A DNA stretch of 64,000 nucleotides from a virus (IMGVR_UViG_3300029267_004155), one strand, 5' to 3'. Counted from the stretch's first letter, positions 1-10,349 are shown. Program-made: numbers and translations. Notes: generated from the letters alone by a model not told the origin.

Positions 1-1
1 G

Positions 2-439
2 TTGAGCGAAAAGGCACAGGCGGCGCTGGCCGAGTTGCCGCCCGAGCCGGAGGGGCGCGGGCGCCCCAGAATCGAGTTCGCGGAAGAGGCCATGGAGGAG
101 GCTTTCCGGAGACGATTTGTCGACGGGGAGCCGATTTCGAGGATAGCCGAGGGCATGGGGCTTCCGAGACAGACGCTGGCCAGGCGGTTGAAGGATGGCG
201 GCGTCGTGTGGTGTCGGAAGAGGGGTGTCGGGTGGAAGAAGGGCATCACGAAGAGGAGGACGCGGGGACGCCCCCGCCTTGAGATTCCCAAGCCGTTGGC
301 CATGGAGGTGGTTCGGCGTCATTGTTTGCAGGGAGAGACCTTTGCCGAGCTGGGTCGTGAGCTGGGGATTTCCAGCTACGTTGTTCGGCGCGTGGTTGGG
401 GAGAGCGTGAGATTGAAAGCCGGGAGGGACGTGGGATGA
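2..439 (+). CDS. Tandem helix-turn-helix DNA-binding protein (may be 5'-partial)
   Basis: Two GRPR+HTH repeats (ISRIAEGMGLPRQTLARRL; FAELGRELGISSYVVRRVV). Confidence 0.7.
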   Translation: MSEKAQAALAELPPEPEGRGRPRIEFAEEAMEEAFRRRFVDGEPISRIAEGMGLPRQTLARRLKDGGVVWCRKRGVGWKKGITKRRTRGRPRLEIPKPLAMEVVRRHCLQGETFAELGRELGISSYVVRRVVGESVRLKAGRDVG

Positions 440-566
440 CGAGGCTGTTGAGAACTCACAGGAACGACCGCCAGGCCCTGAGCCGGGCGTGGGTCAAGTC
501 CAACAAGAGGCTCGCCAACAGGCGGGCGCGGCGGAACGGCAACGCTTTGATTCGGGAGGCGACCTG

Positions 567-770
567 ATGGACGCGGACGAGAGGGACGGGTTGACGGCGA
601 GATGGGCCGACAGGGGCCGTGACGGCTCCTGCAACTTCTGCCTGCGTCCCCATCGGAAGGTGTACGTGGTGAAGGGCAGGTCGAGCCTTCGCACGCTGGA
701 GGTCCGGCTCTGCCAGCGCTGCCGGGACGAGCTGATGAAGCAGAGCTGGTCCCGCACAGGAGGTGAGTGA
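567..770 (+). CDS. Small Zn-finger protein
   Basis: CNFC...CQRC; GGAGG RBS. Confidence 0.55.
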   Translation: MDADERDGLTARWADRGRDGSCNFCLRPHRKVYVVKGRSSLRTLEVRLCQRCRDELMKQSWSRTGGE

Positions 771-1030
771 TGGATGGGAGCAAGTGCATCATGGCCGGGG
801 TTCCGTTCTGCGTGGGGTGCCTGGACACCATGCGCGTCGTCAGGAACGACGCGATGGTGGTGTGTCCGGGCGGCGCGATGAGGCGGGCCTACAAGGGTGA
901 CCTCTACGAGTGCCGCCGCTGCGGGGCGAGGGTCTTCCAGCCGGCCATGATGGGGATTGACATCAGCCCGGGAGAGGTCGGCGAGATCGCTGCGTCCGGC
1001 GAAGAGGTAATCCTGATGGAGGGTGTGTGA
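767..1030 (+). CDS. Zn-ribbon protein with GEIAASGEE tail
   Basis: CVGC...CRRC; coupled to neighbouring genes. Confidence 0.6.
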   Translation: MMDGSKCIMAGVPFCVGCLDTMRVVRNDAMVVCPGGAMRRAYKGDLYECRRCGARVFQPAMMGIDISPGEVGEIAASGEEVILMEGV

Positions 1031-1181
1031 TGAGGCTGGTCTTTGCCAGGTTCGACGACGGGCACGAGTCTTACCTGTTTCGGGTGGGGCCCGAGTTCGA
1101 CCTTCAGGCCTGGATCAAGAGTCGCGAGAAGGTTTTCCGGCTGCTTTGCGTGGCCGGGCTGATAGTGGAGGAGGTCGACTG

Positions 1182-1814
1182 ATGAGCGAGTATTGCCTTA
1201 ATTGCGGGACCGAGCTGAACTGCCTCGACGAGGACCCGAACGGCGACAGGAACGTCGTCTGCGCGAAGTGCCGGGCCGAGGATGACCACGACTTCGACGC
1301 GGAGCCCGACGTCCGGTTCGGTCGGGACGGGAGGCTGGTCGAGGCCGAGCCGAGCCGTTCCGGCGACGAGGGCCCTGTCTGCGTCGGGTGCAGGAAGTCT
1401 CGCGAGGAGGAGGCCGGCGTGTGCTCGGCGTGCGGGGCGGAGACGGAGGTCCAGTTCCTCCCTCTCCACATTATTGGGAGCGAGGGCACCTGGCTCTGCC
1501 ACTCCTGCAAGATGACCGTGATCGGGGTGATAAGGGGCATGAGGAGCGCGGCTGGAAGGGCTGTCGTGGCCCACCGGAAGCGGCAGAGGCGGCATGGGAA
1601 GGGGATCATGACCGGGACGTCGGAGAGGATGACGGTGGACGAGATGGTGAGGGAGCGGGTGAGGGCCCACCTCCGTGGCGACTGGCCTCGCATGGCCGAG
1701 CTCGACCTTGCGGGCCAGGATTACACGAACCACGGATACTGGACGAAGGTGCAGACCTTGAGCCCCCTCAGCGACGACGAGCTGCGGGAGTGGCTCGACG
1801 AAGGAGGCGAGTGA
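1182..1814 (+). CDS. Multi-CxxC hypothetical protein
   Basis: GGAGG RBS; five CxxC pairs. Confidence 0.55.
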   Translation: MSEYCLNCGTELNCLDEDPNGDRNVVCAKCRAEDDHDFDAEPDVRFGRDGRLVEAEPSRSGDEGPVCVGCRKSREEEAGVCSACGAETEVQFLPLHIIGSEGTWLCHSCKMTVIGVIRGMRSAAGRAVVAHRKRQRRHGKGIMTGTSERMTVDEMVRERVRAHLRGDWPRMAELDLAGQDYTNHGYWTKVQTLSPLSDDELREWLDEGGE

Positions 1815-2233
1815 TGTCTGAGTGGCTTGACAATCTGAAGGTCGGCGACAAGGTGACGGTGGTCCCGGGCGGCCTCATGGCGCAGGGGCGCATCGTCGGT
1901 GGCGAGATCACGGGCGAGACCAAGACGCTCTGGAGGGTGGCCTTTGGTCGTGACGGCCAGTATGTCGGGAGCTACCTCAAGCGGAGCGGGAAGGTGAGCG
2001 GTTCCTCCTCCTCCGACTTCTATTCGGGGCGCATCGATCCCTATGACGACGAGGCGATCCGGGTCGCGGTCGAGGAGCGCCGGCGCTCCCGCCTGGCCCG
2101 GAAGCTGGAGGACTACCCCTGGAGGAAGCTCACCGGCGACGAGCTGCGGCAGGTGCAGGAGTTCGTAAAAGGGCTGGTGGACACGCGTGAGGAGAGGAAG
2201 GCGGACGCTGCCGGGAAGGAGGGCGGATCATGA
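1814..2233 (+). CDS. Hypothetical protein, SH3/KOW-like N-terminus
   Basis: LDNLKVGDKV motif; TGATG overlap with upstream gene. Confidence 0.6.
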   Translation: MSEWLDNLKVGDKVTVVPGGLMAQGRIVGGEITGETKTLWRVAFGRDGQYVGSYLKRSGKVSGSSSSDFYSGRIDPYDDEAIRVAVEERRRSRLARKLEDYPWRKLTGDELRQVQEFVKGLVDTREERKADAAGKEGGS

Positions 2234-2463
2234 TTAACGTGATTCTCAGTAGTAACCATATCCCGTCGATCCCGACGCCGTGCCCCTACCACGACTGCGT
2301 CTACAACGGCGAGTCCGAGGAGGGCGTTTGCGACGATCCGCAGATTGGCTATCTGAACGGGGACTCCAGATGCCATCGCCGAGGGGTGAAGTGGCTCCTG
2401 GGCAAGCTGGGTGTTGATCTGGGAGAGACGAAGGAGCGCCTGCCGAGGGAGACGGGCCCGTGA
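2230..2463 (+). CDS. Small Cys-rich hypothetical protein
   Basis: CPYHDCVYN...C...C; translational coupling. Confidence 0.5.
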   Translation: MINVILSSNHIPSIPTPCPYHDCVYNGESEEGVCDDPQIGYLNGDSRCHRRGVKWLLGKLGVDLGETKERLPRETGP

Positions 2464-2732
2464 CCGAGGATGACGGTTCTTGCGTCCAATGCGGCTTTTG
2501 CTGTCGGCAGCGCCCGTGCCTCTACGGGCTGCATGCCGGCGCCAGCGGCAGCGGCCCCTGCCGGTTCCTGACGGATGACGACCTCTGCTCTCTTCACGAC
2601 GAGATCGTGGAGCGCGAGCGGGGGGCCAGCTATCCGATGATGGGCTCCGGCTGCTCCAGCACGCTCTTCAACGAGAGGCGCGACGGGAAGCTGGCCCGGA
2701 GGCGTATAGTGGGACAGGAGGTGACGACATGA
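2460..2732 (+). CDS. CxxCxxCC (YkgJ-like Zn/Fe-chelating) protein
   Basis: CVQCGFCC...CRFL..DDLCSLH pattern. Confidence 0.6.
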   Translation: MTEDDGSCVQCGFCCRQRPCLYGLHAGASGSGPCRFLTDDDLCSLHDEIVERERGASYPMMGSGCSSTLFNERRDGKLARRRIVGQEVTT

Positions 2733-4168
2733 TGATGAAGCTGACATGCGTGCGGGGCCACGAGGAGGTCGATGTCCTTCTGGCCGCGCCCTGGCGGGAC
2801 ACCGAGCCGTGGAGGATGGGGGTGGAGACCGAGACCGGCATCGAGGAGGTCAAGTTCGCCCGGGTGAGGAAGGGGAGGCCGGCCATCCCGTCGCTGGGGA
2901 TCGCGAGGAAGGCGCTGGTCGGCGCCGGGCTCGACTGGGCGGCCGATTCCGTGAGGACCGCCGACGACGGCCATCTCGAGGTCGACATGGAGGACAGGTC
3001 CAGGTATGGCTGGTGGTCGCCCTGCTCGGGGCGGACGCGTTCGGACCGGAAATGGATGGTGGCCGGCCGGGAGATCGGCGAGGAGGTCCATGGGAAGATC
3101 GTCGACGCCTTCCATACGGTGTCCCGGTGGCAGGACCTGCCCGGCGCCAGCGTCAGGGTCGCCGACAAGCAGATGCCCCTTCAGAGGCTTTTGGAGATGA
3201 TGGAAGGGAAGGTCGTGAGCGCGGCCTCCCTCAAGGAGTGCCGGGCTGACGGCGAGGACCGTCCGCCCTTCCTTCCGGGAGACCGGGTGAGGGGCTCCTT
3301 CGGCGAGGGGGTTCTGGAGGCCCTGAACGCCAAGGCCAAGGTCAGGCGTCCGGACGGGACCTACAGCAACGTGTCCTGGCGGGGCATGGAGCGGATGCCG
3401 GACGAGAGGCCGGAGCGGCCGGAGGACGTCCATGGGTCGCTGGACGCCGCCTTCTCCTTCGTGGTCGAGAAGGGGGCCCGCCTCTACAGGGCGGCGACCA
3501 GGAAGGGCCCGTGGGCGATCCCGGTCTTTCCGCAGAAGGGGGAGAAGCAGCGCCGCAGGGAGGACGCCGAGCAGTGCGAGTGCCCGATATGCGGATGGGC
3601 CATGGCTCAGTCGATGGGCTACGGGGAGGAGCACATCTTCGTATGCTGCATGTGCAGCCAGAGGGCCCTGGTGGTCGACGACTCGGCCGACGGCGAGATC
3701 AGCCTTCTCATGATGCGGAGGCCGGCCAAGAACCGGTTCTGCCTGGAGGAGGCGAGGTGCTGCGCCAACTGCGGGCTCTTCGAGTTCGAGGTGGGGCGCC
3801 AGGGCAGGAGGGTGACCGGCTACTGCCGGGCGAGCAACCAGTGCGTGCAGGGCTTCAACGCGTGCTCCTGGTGGTTCCCGCGGGACCCGAGGCGGTACTT
3901 GGCGAACATGAAGCAGCATGTCAGGAATTTGGCCTTCGGGGTCGACGACGAGCGGAACACGGGCCGGCACGACATCAGGGACACGGTCTACCGGGCCGAG
4001 GACCACGAGGCCCAGAAGACGCGGGCCGACGAGGCGGTCGACGCTTACCGGAGGGCCCACAGGTGGTGCATGCTGGAGTTGAAGGGAATGGCGGAGAAGG
4101 GGACGCTGCGGGAGAGGGCGACCCCGGAGGTCAGGGAGTTCTACGGCAGGGTCCTGGACGAGGAATGA
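2729..4168 (+). CDS. Hypothetical protein with C-terminal Zn-binding motifs
   Basis: 479-aa ORF with RBS; CPIC, CCMC, CANC motifs. Confidence 0.7.
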   Translation: MMMKLTCVRGHEEVDVLLAAPWRDTEPWRMGVETETGIEEVKFARVRKGRPAIPSLGIARKALVGAGLDWAADSVRTADDGHLEVDMEDRSRYGWWSPCSGRTRSDRKWMVAGREIGEEVHGKIVDAFHTVSRWQDLPGASVRVADKQMPLQRLLEMMEGKVVSAASLKECRADGEDRPPFLPGDRVRGSFGEGVLEALNAKAKVRRPDGTYSNVSWRGMERMPDERPERPEDVHGSLDAAFSFVVEKGARLYRAATRKGPWAIPVFPQKGEKQRRREDAEQCECPICGWAMAQSMGYGEEHIFVCCMCSQRALVVDDSADGEISLLMMRRPAKNRFCLEEARCCANCGLFEFEVGRQGRRVTGYCRASNQCVQGFNACSWWFPRDPRRYLANMKQHVRNLAFGVDDERNTGRHDIRDTVYRAEDHEAQKTRADEAVDAYRRAHRWCMLELKGMAEKGTLRERATPEVREFYGRVLDEE

Positions 4169-4172
4169 CGAC

Positions 4173-5048
4173 ATGAAGGTTCTTGTGACGGGTGCGAACG
4201 GCCAGCTCGGGAAGGTCGTGATGCGGAGGTTCGAGAAGGACGGAAAGTGCGACGTCTTCGGGGTGGACCTGCCTTTGCTGAACGTGGAGGCGCCTTTCGA
4301 CGTGCAGGTGGCCGTGGAGAGCTACGAGCCCGACGTGGTGGTCCACTGCGCGGCCAGGACGGACGTGGACGGCTGCCAGGCCGACCCTGTCGGGGCCATG
4401 GCGGCGAACTGGGTCGGGACGGCCAACGTGGCCGTGGCCTGCGCGATGGCCAAGTCCAAGATGGTCTACGTCTCGACGAGCTTCGTGTTCGACGGGAAGA
4501 AGCCGGGGTCCTACGTCGAGTGGGACGAGACGGGTCCTCTCGGGGTCTACGGCCTGAGCAAGCTGAAGGGAGAGGAGGCGGTCAGGGCCCACTGCCCGAA
4601 CCATGTCATCCTCCGGACGACGTGGTTGTACGGGGACGAGGGGAAGGGTTTCCCGGAGCGCGTGGTGGAGATGGCGAGGGCCGGCAAGCCGCTGACGGTC
4701 GTGGGCGACCAGAGGGGCGACCCGACGTCGGCGACGGCGTTGGCGGACGCGATCTGGTGGACGTGCGAGGCTCGCCTGGCGGGGACCTTCCATGCCTCGT
4801 GCTCCGGGGGCGGATGCGCCAAGCACGAGCTGGCGGTGGCGGCCCTGCAGGCTGCCAGGGCCTCGGCCGAGGTGGTTCCCATCTCGACGGCCGAGTACGT
4901 CCGGGACAATTCGGCGTCGGCGCCCGGGGTCGTGTCTCCGAGGCCGCGGAACTCGTGCATGGACGGGGCGCTGCTGGCCAGGACGGGATGGGCGCTGCCG
5001 CACTGGAGAGACGAGATTATTAGGAGATTTTCAGGAAAGTCTTCCTGA
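4173..5048 (+). CDS. rfbD: dTDP-4-dehydrorhamnose reductase (RmlD/RfbD)
   Basis: GANGQLG Rossmann motif, HCAARTDVD, STSFVFDG, YGLSK (YxxxK), VGDQRGDPT, PRPRNS. Confidence 0.93.
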   Translation: MKVLVTGANGQLGKVVMRRFEKDGKCDVFGVDLPLLNVEAPFDVQVAVESYEPDVVVHCAARTDVDGCQADPVGAMAANWVGTANVAVACAMAKSKMVYVSTSFVFDGKKPGSYVEWDETGPLGVYGLSKLKGEEAVRAHCPNHVILRTTWLYGDEGKGFPERVVEMARAGKPLTVVGDQRGDPTSATALADAIWWTCEARLAGTFHASCSGGGCAKHELAVAALQAARASAEVVPISTAEYVRDNSASAPGVVSPRPRNSCMDGALLARTGWALPHWRDEIIRRFSGKSS

Positions 5049-5094
5049 GATGCCGGTTTCGCGCGTATAGTTTGACAAATATGGGAGACGAGCA

Positions 5095-5457
5095 ATGGCC
5101 AACGACTGGGCGAAGATCGAGCGCTACAGGGACAAGGAGCGGCGCGAGCTTGTCGTTTTCACTCCTTGCAGGGGTGGGGAGGGGAAGGTCGTCCGGGGTG
5201 TGTGCATGCTGAAGGTGAAGGGTGTCCATCCCCAGACGAAGGAGGTGGTCGAGAGGGAGCAGGGCTTCGAGTTCGCCTTTCCGGGCGGCACGACCGTGAG
5301 GCGGGCGATGGACACCTTCGACGCCGTGGCGGGGAAGGCCATCAAGAAGTACGAGGAGGAGCAGCTGGAGAAGCAGAAGGAGCGGTCCATCGTGGCCGCC
5401 CGCCATGTGCCCCCGCTCCTGGGGCCTGGCGGGAAGCCGATGCGGCTTGGCGGCTAG
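5095..5457 (+). CDS. Hypothetical protein
   Basis: ORF downstream of GCGTATAGT -10-like motif. Confidence 0.65.
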   Translation: MANDWAKIERYRDKERRELVVFTPCRGGEGKVVRGVCMLKVKGVHPQTKEVVEREQGFEFAFPGGTTVRRAMDTFDAVAGKAIKKYEEEQLEKQKERSIVAARHVPPLLGPGGKPMRLGG

Positions 5458-5507
5458 GTGGCCGCGAGCTCGGGCAATAAAGGCAAAAGAGGCAAGGAGA
5501 TCGGGAA

Positions 5508-6332
5508 ATGACGAAGAGCTACGACTACGACGCGGCCATCGGAAGGGCGATCAGGCTCCACTGCACGGGGAGCGAGACCGGGCAGCCCACGCACACGCAG
5601 TTCAAGGAGATTTCCGACAGGATCGGCGTCAGCGTGGGGATGCTCCGGAACTGGACCCGGGATGTCAACGGGGAGAGGAACAGGGCCGGCAGGGAGGTGG
5701 CTCCGCCTGACAGCTGCTGCGGCGACAAGCTCCTGGCGCTGGCGTGCCTGATTCCGAACGAGCTGGAAGCGTGCGGGTGGGTCGATCCTGACCCGGCCCG
5801 GACGCAGAGCTGGATGAGGGAGAGGGCCATAGGGTCGACTGTCCCGGAGCTGAAGGCGAGGCTGGGGGCGAGGGCGAGGCAGCTGACGGCCCTCAACAAG
5901 ACGGTCGACGCGCTGAACGTCGAGAACGGGGACCTGGCTCGCAGGCTCAAGGAGGCGGCCGACGAGCTTGAGACGCTCCGTCGGTCCGCCGGCGTGCCGG
6001 CGCCAGTGGCGCGCAAGGCGGCGTTGCCGGTCGACGGCGAGATCGTTGTCTGCTGCAGCTGCAAGAAGCACGACCTCGAGAGCGTGGGATGGCGGATCGT
6101 CGGGGGCCGCGTGAAGCTGGTGGTCAAGCCGTGCCCGGGGTGCGTCGACCCCCAGGTGAGGGAGAAGGCGCGCACGAGGGGCGAGTACTTGAAGAGGATC
6201 GGCCGTGGCGTCGTGAGGATGAGGAAGTCCGTCGACGAGGTCGCCAGTGACATCGAGAGGCTAGTCGGGCCGGACTTCAGCAAGTCGCCCGGGGCCAACG
6301 GGAACACCAAGGGAGAGCTGGGTGATGAGTGA
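5508..6332 (+). CDS. HTH + coiled-coil + Zn-ribbon protein
   Basis: FKEISDRIGVSVGMLRNW; heptads; CCSC...CPGC. Confidence 0.65.
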   Translation: MTKSYDYDAAIGRAIRLHCTGSETGQPTHTQFKEISDRIGVSVGMLRNWTRDVNGERNRAGREVAPPDSCCGDKLLALACLIPNELEACGWVDPDPARTQSWMRERAIGSTVPELKARLGARARQLTALNKTVDALNVENGDLARRLKEAADELETLRRSAGVPAPVARKAALPVDGEIVVCCSCKKHDLESVGWRIVGGRVKLVVKPCPGCVDPQVREKARTRGEYLKRIGRGVVRMRKSVDEVASDIERLVGPDFSKSPGANGNTKGELGDE

Positions 6333-6966
6333 CGTCAAGGCGAGGATGCTGGTGTCAGGCGAGGCCAAGTCCGGGGTCGTCTCGGAATGGTCCTGGGGGT
6401 GTCCGAGGTGCGGGGCCAGCGAGGGCGGCTTCGAGGGGCGGGCGCAGGCCCGCTCGTCCTATCGGGCCCATCGCGAGAAGGGGTGCCCCGGGAAGCCTCC
6501 GTGGACCGTGGTCGTCAGTCCTCCGGGGGCGACCCCGTTCGTCATCTCCGACGTCGAGAAGGCGCAGTCGCAGGCCGAGGCGGCGGACGAGGAGGATGTC
6601 GCGGTGATGGACAGGGCCATAGCCGAGCTCGACGGAGAGGTCGCGGTCTCGGAGGTCGCTCCGGACGAGGACGTCCCTCTGGATTCGGAGGATGGCTCGA
6701 TCCTCGACGACATGCAGGAGCCGCCTCCCTGCTTCGGCCATCACGGCCCGGAGGACGAGGCTTGCCGGAAGTGCGACCTCTCCGCGGCCTGCGAGCAGGC
6801 GACGACTGCCGTTGGGGAGCCTGACCCGGTGGAGGAGGCCGAGGCCGCGGCCAGGGAGCTGGTGGCCGCTGCGCCGGGGGTGGGGTGCTTCGGCTACCAC
6901 GACCCGGAGGCCGAGGAGTGCATGGGGTGCCGCGTCGCCAGGGAGTGCGCGGAGAACCCGGCCTAG
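6325..6966 (+). CDS. Acidic protein with two CFGxH..PE...CxxC.....C repeats
   Basis: Internal repeat of a Cys motif. Confidence 0.6.
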   Translation: MSDVKARMLVSGEAKSGVVSEWSWGCPRCGASEGGFEGRAQARSSYRAHREKGCPGKPPWTVVVSPPGATPFVISDVEKAQSQAEAADEEDVAVMDRAIAELDGEVAVSEVAPDEDVPLDSEDGSILDDMQEPPPCFGHHGPEDEACRKCDLSAACEQATTAVGEPDPVEEAEAAARELVAAAPGVGCFGYHDPEAEECMGCRVARECAENPA

Positions 6967-7174
6967 AAGGACGTTCTCATGGACCTGCGGATAAGAGAGG
7001 GGCGGCTGCGCGACGTGGCGGCCGCCGTGGCGGAGACGGTTGTCTCCCATTTCGGGGCGGACGAGTGGGAGGGCGCCGACCAGGAGGAGAGGGAGGCCGT
7101 CGTCGACGAGGTGGCGGACAACATTCAGGAGCTGCTCGGCCTGGTGGTCGAGCCGGAATGCGAGGAGACATGAC

Positions 7175-8290
7175 ATGGCGACGGTGACGTGCTACCGGGT
7201 CGAGAGGGACGTGCACGCCTCCCCGTTGGGGGGCATGCTGAGGAAGGGGACCGGCCTGGAGGTCGGTGCCGACTTCGTGAGGGTCGGCGGCCGGGAGATC
7301 GGAGGCGAGCAGGCGGCCTTGTTCGTGGGGAGGCTCCTCGCGAAGACCGACTTCCTGAAGGAGGTGGAGAGGCTGGACGACACGACCCTGGAGGCCGTCT
7401 CCGGGACAAGCGCCGTGTGGCCCGTCCTGGGGTGCCTGAGGGCGGCCGAGAGGTTCGTCGGGGCCGGGACCGGGGCCTGGCTGCCCTCCGACGACAAGCA
7501 GAGGGAGTTCATGGACATCTTCTCCGGGCATATCCCGACCGTGGACGTCCTTGAGGAGCGGGTCGGGTGCCTGGAGAGCCGGGCCGACTCTGACATCGCC
7601 CCGCTCAACCGGTGGCTCAGGGAGCGCGGCTTCACCATCGAGTTGACGGTCGACCCGGGGTCCGAGGGCTTCGCGGTCGCGTCGATCCTGGACGTGCTGT
7701 GCGAGTGGCTGGAGAGGGGGACCCGGAGGACCATCGAGAAGGCCGGGGCCTCCTACGACGCCGTGAGGCTGGATGAGGGTGTGAGCCTGGTCCAGCATCC
7801 GGACCTGCACGACCATCCCGTCGTCCGGATCGCGGCCAAGGGTGGCTACCGCGTCTGCATGACGGTGGCGTCGGGCATGCCGCCGGGGGACTTCGGACTC
7901 CACTCGAAGGTGAGGAGCCTCCGGTTCGCGGACGCCCCGGACTACCGCTACGAGGGCGTCGTCTTCCCGATGGTCTCCTATGACCGGCACGAGGACATCA
8001 GTTTCCTGTGCGGCCTGGTGGTCAGGTCCGGCGGGAAGGGCTGGCACGTGGCCGAGGCGGTTCAGCAGACGAGGTTCCGGATGAACGAGACGGGCGCCAG
8101 GGCCGAGAGCGCGGCGGCCATGAGCTTCAGGTGCTCCGCCGCTGGTGCCGCCCGTCCCCCGTACGTCCTGGACAGGCCCTTCATCCTGTGGATCGAGAGG
8201 GAGGACTTCCCGATCCCGCTGTTCACGGCGGTCTTCGCCGAGGACTCCTGGAAGGACCCGGGCAATCTGGACGACGTGAAGGTGGGGTGA
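7175..8290 (+). CDS. Serpin-like protein
   Basis: C-terminal hinge/RCL pattern QQTRFRMNETGARAESAAA...YVLDRPFILWIE...PLF...DP. Confidence 0.7.
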   Translation: MATVTCYRVERDVHASPLGGMLRKGTGLEVGADFVRVGGREIGGEQAALFVGRLLAKTDFLKEVERLDDTTLEAVSGTSAVWPVLGCLRAAERFVGAGTGAWLPSDDKQREFMDIFSGHIPTVDVLEERVGCLESRADSDIAPLNRWLRERGFTIELTVDPGSEGFAVASILDVLCEWLERGTRRTIEKAGASYDAVRLDEGVSLVQHPDLHDHPVVRIAAKGGYRVCMTVASGMPPGDFGLHSKVRSLRFADAPDYRYEGVVFPMVSYDRHEDISFLCGLVVRSGGKGWHVAEAVQQTRFRMNETGARAESAAAMSFRCSAAGAARPPYVLDRPFILWIEREDFPIPLFTAVFAEDSWKDPGNLDDVKVG

Positions 8291-8293
8291 GTT

Positions 8294-8782
8294 ATGAACT
8301 GCATGGTGCATACCAAATGCAATCCGGGGACCGAGGTCTGGCGTGCGGCCATGGCCAAGGCTCTGGTCGTCGACCGCGAGGAGATGGACGAGGACGACGA
8401 GGATGCTTTCGAGGAGATGAACGAGAGGCTCGACGAGGCCCAGTTCTGTCCTCTTTGCGTCATCGAGCTGGATGATCGGGCCAGGGCTAATCCGTCTTCG
8501 GTCCTCAAGGTCCAGCTGGAGGCTGCCGAGAACGAGCTCAGGCGCCTCAGGGCGACGAGTGAGAAGAACGCCTCCGTCGTGGCCGCGGTGGTTGGCTTCA
8601 TCAAGGAGGCGACGGGCAAGGACGCCTGCGAGATGGCTTCTCAGAGGCACAAGGGTGGCCAGGGAGACCTTGCCAACATCATTCCCAACCTGCTTCACGA
8701 GGCCGTCCTGAAGAGGGTTCAGGACGGCATGGAGAGGTGTCGGGATCGTGAGAGGGCCGACATCTTGAGGGGGCATGGCTGA
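8294..8782 (+). CDS. Hypothetical coiled-coil protein
   Basis: ORF in operon context. Confidence 0.55.
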   Translation: MNCMVHTKCNPGTEVWRAAMAKALVVDREEMDEDDEDAFEEMNERLDEAQFCPLCVIELDDRARANPSSVLKVQLEAAENELRRLRATSEKNASVVAAVVGFIKEATGKDACEMASQRHKGGQGDLANIIPNLLHEAVLKRVQDGMERCRDRERADILRGHG

Positions 8783-9291
8783 TGGTCTCGGAGTGCGGCA
8801 AGTGCGAGAGGGCGGCGACGCACGAGTACGGCCATCCGGCGATCTGCCCCGGCTGCGGGGCGGAGCACATGCCGGACGAGTACCTGTCGGCGGTCTCGGT
8901 CTGGGAGCCGAGCACGATTTCCTGCGTGGAGCTGCCGTACAGCTTGACGAACTGGGGCCGGAGGCGGTTCATGGCGGATGCGTCCGCCATTGGCTATCAG
9001 GGCTTTCTCCTGCACCTTCTGGGCGACGGGGTCGTCACGGTCCCGTGGCTTGTCGAGGAAACCAGGTCCGAGTGGTTAGGCGCGCCTTCCGAGATGGCTA
9101 CGAGCAAGGCCGTCTTCTACCTGCCCTCGGGCCATGTGGCCATGATGATCGACGAGTGCGCGAAGCCGTCGCCGATTGGCCCCGGAATCCCGTTCCCGAT
9201 CACGATGCGGGCCAGGCGGAACGGCATCGACATCGCGGTCTACACCAACATGCAGATGGTCTGGAAGGAGGGGAAGGATGCCGGCGGCTGA
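8782..9291 (+). CDS. Zn-ribbon hypothetical protein
   Basis: CGKC...CPGC; TGATG coupling. Confidence 0.55.
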   Translation: MVSECGKCERAATHEYGHPAICPGCGAEHMPDEYLSAVSVWEPSTISCVELPYSLTNWGRRRFMADASAIGYQGFLLHLLGDGVVTVPWLVEETRSEWLGAPSEMATSKAVFYLPSGHVAMMIDECAKPSPIGPGIPFPITMRARRNGIDIAVYTNMQMVWKEGKDAGG

Positions 9292-9673
9292 CTTCCCATC
9301 TGGCTGGCCGGTCAGATGCCCGGCCTGCGAGGGCACCTTCGCGTTCAGGTACGTCTCGGACCGGACGGGCAACGTCCGCCGGTACAGGTGCCACAAGTGC
9401 GGGGTCGGGTTCCTGGCGACCTGGAAGGGCAAGCCCATCCGGAGTTGTTTAGCGGAGCCGAGGAACACCAGCATGGAGAAGTGGGACTGGGCACGTATAG
9501 TTGAGGGAAGGGAGCTTCCGCCGGCGGGTGCGCTTCCGGTTCGGGATGAGGCGATCGAGGTGGAGGCTGTGGTGGTCGACGTGCCGGAGATGACTGACGG
9601 GACGCCGGCGGCGAAGGAGTTGGTCGAGCTTTACGGTCCGCGGTTGGCGGGCCTCTTGGAGGAGAGGACATGA
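9278..9673 (+). CDS. Zn-ribbon hypothetical protein
   Basis: CPAC...CHKC; RBS. Confidence 0.55.
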   Translation: MPAADFPSGWPVRCPACEGTFAFRYVSDRTGNVRRYRCHKCGVGFLATWKGKPIRSCLAEPRNTSMEKWDWARIVEGRELPPAGALPVRDEAIEVEAVVVDVPEMTDGTPAAKELVELYGPRLAGLLEERT

Positions 9674-10050
9674 GCAAGCTGAGCGAGAGTCTGGCGGCGG
9701 TGCTGGCCGCCGCCAGGGGCGTCGACGAGGAGGCCGAGGCCATCCTGGAGGCCATGGCCTTTCGGGGGTCGGACGTGCTGGAGGCCGTCATGAGGGGGGC
9801 GACGCTTCGCCTGATGGGAGATGGCCAGTCCTTCCCCGCCGCGGAGGCGAACGATTCCGTCCGGTCCTACCAGGTGCTGGTCTTCGACCCGAATGGCGAT
9901 ACTGTCAGGACGGTGGCCGAGGCGGACTCCTGGAAGAGGGGGAGGGAGGGAGATATGTCCTTCTTCCTGAGGGGCCGCAAGGTGGCCTGGTTCGCCCGGG
10001 TGGACCTCTGGCGCGTGATGCCGGAAGAGGACGAAGGGGTGGGGTCATGA
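9670..10050 (+). CDS. Hypothetical protein
   Basis: RBS; ATGA coupling. Confidence 0.55.
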   Translation: MSKLSESLAAVLAAARGVDEEAEAILEAMAFRGSDVLEAVMRGATLRLMGDGQSFPAAEANDSVRSYQVLVFDPNGDTVRTVAEADSWKRGREGDMSFFLRGRKVAWFARVDLWRVMPEEDEGVGS

Positions 10051-10349
10051 CCGTCGAAGACCATTTGCTCGTGTGTCTGGCGGAGGAGTGCGCCGAGGTG
10101 GGGCACCAGGTCTGCAAGGCCCTTCGCTTCGGCCTTGGGGATTGCAACCCGGTTGACGGGGGGACGAGCGCGAAGAGGATCGCCACTGAGCTGGCCCATG
10201 TCGTGGCGGTGGCCAGGATGCTGGAGGAGGACGACCTCATCCCGCCGGGATGGGACGACCACCTGTCCGATGCCGCTCAGGACAAGAAGGAGGCGGTCTT
10301 GAGATGGATGAAGTACGCGAAGGACAAGGGGAGGTTGGGCGATGGCTGA
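10047..10349 (+). CDS. MazG-like nucleotide pyrophosphohydrolase
   Basis: LAEECAEV..QVCKALRFG...ELAHV motif. Confidence 0.65.
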   Translation: MTVEDHLLVCLAEECAEVGHQVCKALRFGLGDCNPVDGGTSAKRIATELAHVVAVARMLEEDDLIPPGWDDHLSDAAQDKKEAVLRWMKYAKDKGRLGDG

